DNA from: Octopus bimaculoides
Taxonomy: Eukaryota
Length of the DNA: 55,085 nucleotides
Assembly (NCBI RefSeq): GCF_001194135.2
Contig: NC_068993.1
Coordinates: 25,267,191 to 25,322,275, forward strand
Reading direction: 5' to 3'
Shown: positions 22,501 through 34,500 of the stretch, piece after piece
Layout: every line of letters starts with the position of its first letter
Position numbering within the stretch: position 1 is the stretch's first letter
Program-made: the position numbers and the translations under genes
Notes under the pieces: generated by a model
The model's input: only the letters and a program-made list of their open reading frames with translations
Database searches by the model: none
Told to the model about the DNA's origin: nothing

Positions 22501-25500
22501 TCATTGCCTATATCAAAACACTATCACATCATAATCATGGATGCTCTCTCCGAAAGACTGCATCCCAAACACTGATTTTTTTTTTTCCCCAGAACCAAAA
22601 TCTGCTTCATTTTCTAACTACAAATTCTTCTGATTGGGTAACAGTTTTAGAGTTGGCATATTAGACATAATTTTGTCAAAGAAATGGATTTAAAGTAATT
22701 AAGGTAGTTAGAATGTGTGGCAGAATTATGATGTTTGGACTAGGGATAGACAACACAACACTAACAGATGCACCACAATAAGACTGTCATATGAACTAAA
22801 GAGCTGATGGCTTCTCTTATGTATATTGAAACTATGGTTATGGTACATGAGCTGAAGAGGAGTCAAGGTTATCAGAGTTCTGTGATGCAAATGACCTTAC
22901 CATTTGCAATATTAACTTCAGGAAAACTGATCAATCTTGTGATCACATGTCACTCATGTCAGGTGATCATGCTAGCTAGATAAATTTCCAACTCACTAGT
23001 AATGGACTGGACAGATTGTTGTGTCTTTCGCTGGTGTAAAATGTACACAGCAAGCAATTGATGTCATCAAAGTAAGAGCTAGATGGACCTTGAGGCAATC
23101 TGGAAAAGGAAGATATGGAAGCTAAAGATCCTTCAAGTTCAAAACTTCTAGGTTAATTATAAGAGGAGATAGAGACTTATCACATAGATGACAACTTTGA
23201 GTTTCTATAAGATACTCTACTGTGAGACACAGACTAGATCTGTGGATGGTAGATTGAGCCAGTAAACCTAAGTGATAGGCTTAGAAAGAAAAAAAGGAGT
23301 TAGAAATATCTGGAAACAAAGAGTGCAGCAGAACGTAAGAAAATTATCAATGTTCTGTGATGTGAGGATCTGGATCAGATGTGTGAGATGTTCTGGTTAT
23401 TGTCATCAAAGTGTGTGTTTATAATGGTAGTGGTATACTAGCCCACATTGCCACTGAGAAGAATGAGACAGTAATATTACCATAGCTAAATGAGAAGGAA
23501 AACAGAAAAAGGTAACTCTAAATAAATCCCACAGTGGGACCAGCTGTTGACAGTGACAGCTCTGTGATTGAAAAGGCTGTAAAAAGGATCTGAAAAATAA
23601 GGGAAGTAACTGGGTCATGGAGAATAATCACAGACGAGACTTACGCTTGTCACATAATTAGTCATGTACTACAAAAAGAAGTCATTCTTAGAGGAGATGG
23701 GAGATGACAAGTGCACCGAGTGGCTCTTGCTATGCTAGAGAAGACTTGCCCAATTATATCAAATATGAAAAATGGATGATGATAAAAAGAATAACAACAT
23801 TGTCTTTAGTCAATGGATCAAAAAAATGTTATGAATAAAACTGAGTATTAATGTGTAGTTCGAAAAATTCAGAGATCAGGAAATTGTTGGAGCACAAAAG
23901 AGAGCAAAACGTTCTGGTTGATGATAGTGCAGTGGGCTTATTCGAATGGAGATGGAGAGCAGCTTGTTATGATAAGTATTGTTTCTGGTTATGGAAGCAG
24001 GGAAAAGACGGAAAATTTCTGCACTGCTAACAGTGGATATAATATTTTGTAGGTAAGATTGGCTCTCAAGTCATTGTACCATACAGGGGCGAGGCTTATG
24101 AAGTGTTGCGACTCAAACTATGTGGTGACCTTGGACAGATTCTCTTCTTTGTATGTATATTTTATGTCTTTATAAAATTCTATTGTTTCATAATTGTCAG
24201 ATCTAAATATTTATATTTAAATAGTTTGAGTTAGAGTTTATTTTTTCTTTAACATTTCTTTGTGTGTGTTTTTATTCTGTTTTATTTTATTTTTACTGTA
24301 ACATCTTAATTCAAAAATGAAATTCTTAACTTCATTTTTTACTGAAGTGTGACAAAATTCTCTTGGAGTTTTACCACATAGCTACTGTTTCAATCACATG
24401 TAACCTAGTCAAAAATATATTTTATTATTGTTGTATAAGTTTTATGATAGATATACAATAGTTCTAACTTCCTTCTGAACTTAGTATAACTCTTGTGATT
24501 TCTCTCATGCTTGGTAGCCATACAGCTTGAAGGATGATGAGTCTGTCCAAAAAGTCATGAAGTATTCTAATGTTGTCATCAATATGGTCGGGCGTGACTG
24601 GGAGACAAGGTATGTATCTAAAATAATGTTTCTAATATAATTTGTGTTCTGTAAGGGCATAAGTTTCTACACTTCAGCTATTTTAGTGTTGTCTATCATC
24701 TTTCTTAATATCTTCTTCTATAATTCATACTTTCGACTTCGCTGCTTTCTTTTCGTCATGTTAAATATGTTTGTCTACAGTATAATGGCTGAGTGGTTAG
24801 AGCATCAGGTTTATAATCATGAGGTTGTGAGTTTGATTCCTGGATCTGGCAGTATGTTGTGTTCTTGAGCAAGACACTTTATTTCACGTTCCAGTTCAAC
24901 ATCACTGGTGCCAAGTTGTATCACCTTTGCCTTTCCCTTGGACAATATCAGTGAATGACCGAAGGGGGGTCTTTTTACTCTACAATACTGTATTTTAGGC
25001 AGGGGCTAAAGATAGTAGGGTGGGGATAATATAATTAATGTTTAACTTATACCATTGCTAATTAGTTGGTGGACAAAAATGTAGGAGTTTTGTAAATGAG
25101 ATTGTTCAGAAATCATTGATACCTCTCTTGTAGACACTGGCCCTCATGCTGGTGGCACGTAAAAGCACCCACTACACACTCGGAGTGGTTGGTGTTAGGA
25201 AGGGCATCCAGCTGTAGAAACTCTGCCAGATCAGATTGGAGCCTGGTGCAGCCATCTGGTTCATCAGTCCTCAGTCAAATTGTCCAACCCATGCTAGCAT
25301 GGAAAGCGGACGTTAAACGATGATGATGATGATGTTTTCTCATCATTGTTATTTTATTGCCTGTATCAATTACAGGTGGATATATTTTTTACATTTGATA
25401 AAATAAGAAAGAGGAGAGGTTTTCTTGACTGTAGAGTTATAAGAAAATGACAAGCCAAGTACAAATCTGTAGAGTCACTGCATTGCCATTATGCTGGGAA

Positions 25501-28500
25501 TTATAATGGTTCAATCTTTGAACCATCTTAAAATTCAGCATATATTTAAATCTGAATGCTATGATTCTGTAAAATATTGAAATGCTTACAACTGACTGGT
25601 ACCAACTATAGGTGATATTAAGTTAAGAGAAATATTTGTTGGGATGTGAGGAGACCAAAATAAAATAACAATTGACAACAAAAAGCTAACTTTATACAGG
25701 GATATTGTGTAATGTGTGTAGGAAGCTATGTTGATTACCAAGGCTGTGAATCATGTAGTGGTAAACATTAGTGAAACAAAGTTGTGGTAACCTTGACCAT
25801 GAAATATACTGTAATGGTAATCATAGTGGTGAAAAATATGTAGGTAAAAACAGAGATAATAGTAGTAACCATGCCAATGAACTGAGATAATAACAGTACC
25901 CATGACAATGAAACATAATAGTGGTAATCATGATTGTTACTACAGCAGTGAATGTTATCGCAGTTGTAGCCATTGCAATCAAAAATATAAGATATAACCA
26001 AGCTATTGTCTGACAGGCTGTTATTCATCTTTGTGTTTTCAGGAACTTTAAATTCAATGATGTCCATGTTGATGGTGCTCGCAGGATTGCTCGTCTTGCC
26101 AGGGAGTGTGGTGTAGAAAGACTCATCCATTTCTCCTCTCTTAATGCTGGCCCAGATCCTCAAAAAATTTTCCTGAAGACAGGATCTGAGTTCTTAAAAT
26201 CCAAGGTTAGTATTTCTGACTGACTGTATACTGTTTTATGACAATTACTTTATCCATTTTCCATTATTAACATCAGTCAAGGAATTCAGCAAAATCAGAT
26301 AATTCCATGAACTCTTGTGTAAGAAAAGAGTTCAATATTGACATGGTCTACCACTAACCTACTCATCACTGGTCACTTTGGACTCTGCTTTACTGTGATA
26401 GTGTTTTTTTGATATAGGCGATGAATATGTTTTTGCTTACTGATGAAGGAGACAAGCATCATATTGATCTCAATGGAAGATGTCCTTGAAATCTTTATTC
26501 ATGGAGTCGATACAGATTTGGCTTAACGATGTCTAGGTTGTATGTGGATAACACTCTGGTGAGACAGGTTAGCAAAACATGGGAGGTGCTATCATCTGCA
26601 CTGAAGTGTACTTTCGTTGGAGGTAACAGCATGTGGATCATTGAGGAAGAGTGTGAGGGACAAAGCCCAACCCAGGAGCACACCAGAGTTAATATTGTAT
26701 AGGCCAGAGAGAGCTCCATGAGTACATGTTGTCATAACTGTGACTGAACACGTATCTTTATTGACTTAATCCTTGTGCTATGTCTTCAAGGTTACTGCAA
26801 GTTTTTATTTTGTCTCCTTTTACTTAATGGTTTAGAACAGTGGTTCCCAACCTTTTCACTACCAAGGACCCTTTTTATTTAAATGAGATTTCTCATGGAC
26901 CCCTTTTAATGTGCTTATTCTTATGTGTGTGTGTGTATATATATATGTAAATTTTGAATTTAGTTCATGGACCACCAGTACTACTTTTGCAGACCACAGG
27001 TTGGGAACCACTGGTTTAGAAGATGTTTATTAACCAAGTAAGATACAAAATTCTAGGTGTTTGGATGTCATTATCTTTATCCTGCAAAACAATTATAGTT
27101 TGCTTCAAATACCACTCTGATAACAATTCTTCATAGTCTTCATGATTGATTCTTATTTTTTCATTCAGTATGAAGGGGAGTTAGCAGTACGTGAAGAATT
27201 TCCTGATGCAACCATCTTCCGTCCTTCAGATATGTATGGCTCTGAAGATAGATTCTTATGTTATTACTCTAATGGATGTAAGTAAGACGTTTTATTTTGA
27301 TTCAGAAATAATGTTTATTTATACTTGATGACACTATTTTCACACCTTCTGTACGTCTTCTCCTTTGTTCCTTAATATTGTTTATTAAATCTCAAGTACT
27401 TTGCTCCCCTCCTCACACCTAGTATTACTTCGTCGACTTCTAATTTTACTGATTACTATCAATGGAGTAATGCTGTTTTTCTTGTTTGTTCATGTAGGGC
27501 GTCGTGGTAGGGGGTATCTCCCGTTATGGAAGAAAGGCACTGAAACAATCAAAGCACCAGTGTTTGTAAGTTTTGCATTCACTTTGATAATGTTGCAAAT
27601 ATTTTACACAATATCTGTATAAAGAGTTTTGGAATCTTTTTTGTGTGTGATCTATACTACAATATTTGTTGTTACGCAACAGTACAGAATAAGTCTACAC
27701 AGTATCTCCCATATATTTTTACTGTTATTTGCTTTGTGCAGAAAACCTAAAACCTCTTAATTCAAAATTAAAATTCTTAAATTCATTGCCATTGACCAAT
27801 GTAAGATATGGGTATTTGATTCTACACAAAGAGCACAAATACATTTTGCTTCTGTCATTCATTCATGTGTAATGCTACCACTTAAATTTTAATTATATAT
27901 ATATACACATGCGCGCGCACACATTCATATACATAGATTGTACTGTGATAGATCTTGTAGAAACCTTTTATATAGATTTACTTATGCATAATATTAATCT
28001 TTTGAGACCTGATATGGTTTTCCAAATATTACATGCAATATAATAATATAATACCGTTACATTTCATGTATACATACAAAATGATCTTGTATATAAGTAT
28101 ATGAATTTATTACTAAATACACTTATATACATGTCTTGTTTTATATAGCAATCAGTTTCATATCTGCTATAAGCAGTCTATCTAATAGTGATATACCTAT
28201 TGTATGGCATCTGATAGAAAGCATTGTCCATACAGTACACATGTTTATTCTCATGAAATGTGATTTTTTTTGGTTTTTGTAAAGACTAGTTTATCTGGAG
28301 TTAAGAACACATTTGATAATTGTAAATGGTAAGTGGGTGAAGATGCAGAGAATTTGGATATAGGGTCCACAATAAACAAACATTGATACAAGACCAAAAG
28401 ATATTTGAGTATAAAAAGTCTGGCTATATAGTGTAACTGGAATGCAAATGCATATTTTGTTTCAGAAATGTACATTTACCTTCCAGTATATCTTAGCATT

Positions 28501-31500
28501 CTGCATAGTTGGGAAACATGATCACAGTAATAGATGAAAGATTGCTAATTCCATCCAGAGCTAGAATGCCAGGAATGTCTTGAGGATAAGCTATATCAAC
28601 AAAGTAGTAGATGATGCACCTTATATCAATAGAATAAGGACACAAACCCAGATGTTTTTGAGTTGACAAGAAGTCTGAAGACAGCCTAGTGACATAGTTG
28701 AGGAGGAAGGACCAGTTTCTGATGGAACCAAGATAGTAATTCAGAATAGAGCCAGATGTGAAATTCTAATAGCTCTCTTTGTGACTTGTTCAGAGTGAAT
28801 TAAGTCTAAACTAGGAGACAGGTATGTCTAGCCAAGGGAGGAGCAGAAAAAAAGTTTGCCTATGTTCAGTGACTTGAGGACTAAAGACTTGAAGTGTTTC
28901 GGATTGCAAGAAACTGTGTGAGAGAAAATTGTGATGTCATAGAAGAGAAATGTGTCCACATGGATGATAGTGCCCTTGCATTTAATGATTCTGTAAAGAA
29001 AGAGGCTTGGAAATGCCATTATGAAAGACTGCTGAAAGTGGAGAATGAATGGGAAGAAGAGAGTCTGCCAAATTATAACCCAATTGAGGGACCAGCTATC
29101 CAAATTAACAGTAGGTCGGTAGATAAAGCAATTAAGGATATGAAGACAAGGAAAATCCCCAGCCCATCAGGAATCACCGCTGAAATGCTTAAAATATCTG
29201 GAAGTGTGTGTTATGGTCTAGTCACCTGTTTTGTAAATCAGGTGGTTCATGAAGGAGTCATATCCATAGTCAACTGCTACAAAGATAAAGGTGATACCTT
29301 AGACAGAAATAATTAAAGAGGTATCAAATTGTTGGATCAGGTGATGAAAGTTATGGAGAGGGTCATAGCCCAACTAATCGGGAAGAGAATTAGTTTAGAT
29401 AAGAGGCAGTTTGGTTTTGTGCCAGGGAGAAGCACCACTGATGCTATATTTCTGGTAAGGCAGCTGCAGGAGAAATACATAGCCAAAGATAAACCTCTAT
29501 ACTTGGCTTTTGTTGACATGGAGAAAACCTTTGACAGGGTCCCCCCGATCCCTTATTTGGTGGTCAATGCGGAAACTAAGGATAGATGAGTGGTTGGGGA
29601 GAAATGTACAATCCATGTTCAGGGATGCTACCAGTAAGGTGAGGGCTGGTAACAAGTATAGCAAAGAATTCAGGGTACAAGTAGGGCTTCATCAAGGATC
29701 TGTCCTCAGCCCTGACTTGTTCATCATAGTCCTCCAGGCAATAACAGAGAAATTTAAGACAAGCTGCCCCTGGGTGTTCCTCTGTGCTGATAACCTTGTT
29801 CTTATAGCTGGATCATTACCAGAACTAAAGAAGTTCCAGGTATGGAAGCAAGATCTAGAATCGAAGGGCCTTAGAGTTAACCTAGCAAAAACCAAAGTCT
29901 TAGTAAGTAGGAAGGCAGACAAATCACAAATCCTTTCAGGCAGATGGCCCTGCTCGATCTGTAGAAAAGGTGTAGTTAGAAACTCCATAAGATGTACCCA
30001 CTGCAAGCTCTGGATACATAAGAGGTGCAGCAATATCAGAGGAAGGTTAACAGGAAAGATAGCTTTTGAGTTTGGCAGATACACAGGTACAATAAACATC
30101 GAAAATGTACAGAAAATAGACTCCATCGACTGCTAGAGGTAGTAGATTGCTTCCGTTATCTAGATGATCAAGTTAGTAGTAGAGGTGAATGTTCCAAGAG
30201 TGTAGCTGTGAGAATAAGAATAGGCTGGGCAAAGTTCAGAGAGCTGCTACCTCTGCTGGCAGCAAAAGGCCTCTCGCTCAAAGTAAAAGATTGTATGGTG
30301 CCTGTGTGCTAACAGCTATGCTACTTGGCAGTGAAACATGAGCTCTGACCACCAAGGACATGCATAGGCTTGAAAGAAATGAAGCTAGCATGCTTTGCTG
30401 GATGTACAATATCAGTGTGCCTGTTCGATAGAGTGTAAGCATCTTGAGAGAAAAGTTGGGCATAAGAGGCATCAGGTGTGGTGTGCAAGAGAGACAACTG
30501 CGCTGGTATGGTCATGTGATGCATATGGACAAGGATAGTTGTGTAAAGAAGTGCTGATCTTTAACTGTGGGGGGAACTTGTGGCAGAGGTAGACCCAGGA
30601 AGACATGGGACAAGGTGGTGAAGCATGTTCTTCAAACGTCAGGCCTCACAGCGGCAATGACTAGTGACTGAGACCTTTGGTGATGTGCTGTGCTTGAGAA
30701 GACCCATCAAACCAAGTGAAATTGTAGTCGAGTCTGATGCTGGTGTCACATAACTGGCATCCATGCTAGTGGCACCCAAAGAGCACCTTTCAAGCATTGG
30801 GCCTCATGAAGTCACTCCTTTTGAGTGTTGGGCCCCACAGAGGCAATGACAAATGACCGAGACCTTTGGCATTATGTCATGCTTGAGAAGACCCATCAAG
30901 CCAAGTAGAATTGCAGTCGTGGCAGATACTGAAGTCACGCAAATGGTACCTGTGCTAGTGGCCCATAAAAGCACCCATTACTCTTTTGGAGTGGTTAGCA
31001 TTAGGAAGGGCATCCAGCTGTAGAAACCATGCCAAATCAGACTGGGGTCTGGTGCAGCTGGCCAGCGCTGGTCAAATCGTCCAACTCATGCCAAGATGGT
31101 CAATGGACATTAAATGATGATGATGATTCATTGCCTAAATATACATTTGATTCATATTTGTTGGTTTGTTAAAGTAGAGATTGATGGATAAAGAGTATAT
31201 TCCAAGATGATGAAGCAAAATTTACAAATTGACTTAAGAATGAATGAATTTTAAAGATAGGCATGGGAATAATAAGAATAATTTATTACATCGGGCTGGA
31301 TAGTTAAAAAATTTCAGACATTTCATTTACCTTTTACTTTTTTTAGTCATTTGATTGCGGCCATGCTGGGGACACTGCCTTGAAGGGTTTTAGTCGAATG
31401 ATCAACCCCAGAGCTTCCTTTTTTGTAAGCCTAGTACTTATTCTGTAGGCTTCTTTTGCTGAACTGCTTATGGGGACATAAACACAGACACAAAGACATG

Positions 31501-34500
31501 CACACACACACACAAATACATATATATATATATATGAGCTGCTTTCAGTTTCCATCTACCAAATCCACTCACAAGGCTTTGGTCAGCCTGAGGCTTTAGT
31601 AGAAAACACTTGCCCAAGGTGCTAAGTGGTGAAATTGAACCTGAACTATGTGGTTGGGAAGCAAGCTTCTTACCACAGCCACACCTGCACCTTTGCATAA
31701 ATTCTTGATACAGATGTTTGTATATAACTAAATGTGCCTTCCTATTTGTATCAATATTGTCCTAATTATTTTCCTACATGTTTTGTCTCTCTTTACAGGT
31801 ATCTGATGTAGCTGAAGGTATCATGAATGCCTTGAAAGATCCAGCTTCAATTGGACAGACCTACGAAGCTGTTGGGTGTGTTACTCACACTTTACATTAT
31901 TATTTAAATTATCTTCCTCTTTTCTCTGCTCAGACTTTTTTGTATTATATATTGTAAATTTATCTGTAACCAGTTAAGACAAATACTTCACCTTTCTGCT
32001 AAGCACTCGACTGAAGTGCAGACTAAAGCAAGCAAACAATGTGTCTTAACTAGGAACACAGTACAATGATTATGGCTGAATTTTTGATCCCTTGTCCAAT
32101 ATTTTAACCATCTTCCCACTTCATCTTGTTTGAAATTTCTGTCTTTGACAGAAGAAAGAAATATTCATATTTTTTAGTCACAATTCCAGTATATGAATTC
32201 CATCATATTTTCTGCACTATTGTATCACATTTCCCTTCACTACATCACATCCCCCTCACCTAGTACATCATATCTTCTCCACTGCTATACTTCTTCCCAC
32301 CACTCCTACTACATCACACCTTGCTCACCACCTCACTACATCTTCCCACCACCACTTCTGTCCTGCATCACTGAGCTGTTGTGTTCTGTTTATGTAGTTT
32401 ATACTTCTAGGTACCAGTGACACAAAAACGGGCTCCCATGCCAGTGACATGTAAAAGACACCCAGTACACTTTGTAAGGTGGCTGGCATCAGAAAAGGCA
32501 TCCAGCCATAGAAACCAAGCCAAAACAGATGACTGGAGCCTGGTGCAGCCCTCCAGCTTACCATGTTGATAAAATCTTTCTTGCCATAACCTTCAAATCC
32601 TGAACAGATTATAAATTGAATTTTATCTTTCTTCAAGAATCATAAACCATTGCCAGATTTTGTTAAAAGATATCTTTTTGCATTCTCACTCATCAGATAC
32701 TGTATCTATTTATTTATAAATTCTATTTTCACATTTTTTTCTTTTCAGTCCCAATCGTTATTATCTTTGTGATTTGGTGGATTATTTTTATAATATCCTA
32801 CGATGGAGAGGATACAAGAGAATTCCAATAACTCCAGTCTTCTTGTAAGTTGTATTCCTCTTTCTCTGTCTAGCTTTTACAGCCTGAATGTTCTGCCTCC
32901 CAATATAAACCATTCCACACCTGCAAATTCTTGAGACCAAAGATTGTTCCAAGCTGTCACGGTCATTGTTGCTAAACTTATAGCAGGCAGTGGATTACAA
33001 GTGTAAGTTAGTGCACTCTCAGCAAGTGGGAAAAAGAGTTGATGATAATGTAGATGACAATAACAGTCAAGATGCTGGTGAAAATGAAGATGTCACATTT
33101 TATTTTAGAAAAATTGACCAAAATGGAATGTTAGCATTTTTGTTTCTGGTTTAAAAGCCAACTTTGTTTGATTAGAAAGTTCATCTGTTGTCTGTCAACT
33201 ATCTGAGAAGCTTTGAATGTCATAGCTACTGTTTTTTTATGAATAATGGATTTGAATTGCCCACCTCTTTAACCGAGCAGCTTTAGGTTATATGTAAGTC
33301 AATTATGAACCCCTGGCATCTGAGGCTTATTCACTGTAACTTTTCTACAGGTATAGCTAAGTTCACTTCTTAACCATGTGATTTCAGATTCGGTCCCACT
33401 GCACAGTACCTTGGGCAAATGTCTTCTGTATCCCAAGGATGACCATAGTAGATGAAAACTGAAGGAGCTCATCATATGTGTGTGTGTATATGTATGTGTG
33501 AATTTGTGTAAGTGAGCTTGTATTTCTCTCGTGTTCATTGGTATGTAAATTAATATCATTGTCTTGCAGACTACTGCGAAAGGATGTAAACAAAAGGCTC
33601 CTTAAACAATATTATTTCCAATTTCCTACATAAATATGCCTGGGATTTTATTAGACTTTGAGATTATTACCTCTCTTGGAAATTGGTGGGCTTTTAGCAA
33701 CAGTATTTTTCTGTGCATAGAAAAATACTGCCTCAATGTTCTCTTTTCTGATCCATGCAAGCATGGAAAAATGTACATAAAACAATAATGAGGTTGGTGA
33801 TATTGATGAAAATTTTCTAAATCAGAGGCTTAGTCTTGTCTCTGATGATTGAGCAGAAAATACCTTAAAATGTATTTGTTTATTCAGTTGCTTATAGTGT
33901 CTTTACTTGTGGTCAGATTCTTGTGAAAATTAGTGATAGTGTGGGGAAAAAAATTTTGATGTAAGCTATCATTTGTGTTAAAAATAACGTGCATGTGTGA
34001 TTGTTCATTAATCTCATAATAATTAAAAATATACACTAAAAATGATGATGGTGATTAACGCATTTAGTAATAGACATGGAAATACAAACAGCACAAACAA
34101 AATTTGTTTTTTCCTGAGGTTTAGTAGATTATTCATTATTGCACTTATAGGTAAGCTGTAACTCTTATTGAAAACAACATCCCCAGCTATGCATGAATTT
34201 TATCATTTGTAGGAACAAAGTTGTTGGCTTCTTTTTATTCCACATATAAATCACTTTGTTGGTGATAGTACTGTTCAAAACTCAATGGAAAGTCTTGAAA
34301 AAATATTCAACAAGCTGTGTATTTCTAGATCACCAGCACTTGTAAGATGTTCAGGTAATATTTCATCCAAGTGCACTTGATATAAAAAAAAAATCAAACA
34401 GGTCAAAGTCGGACATGAGCATGCATGGAAAAAAGTTAATATATTGCTCTTGTCACTGTCTCCAAAGCCTTGTCTGTCATTAATTCATTGATTAAACCAT

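Noticed and set aside
25768-26163. 131-aa minus-strand ORF
   Set aside because: Antisense shadow of NDUFA9 exon 5 plus low-complexity intron.
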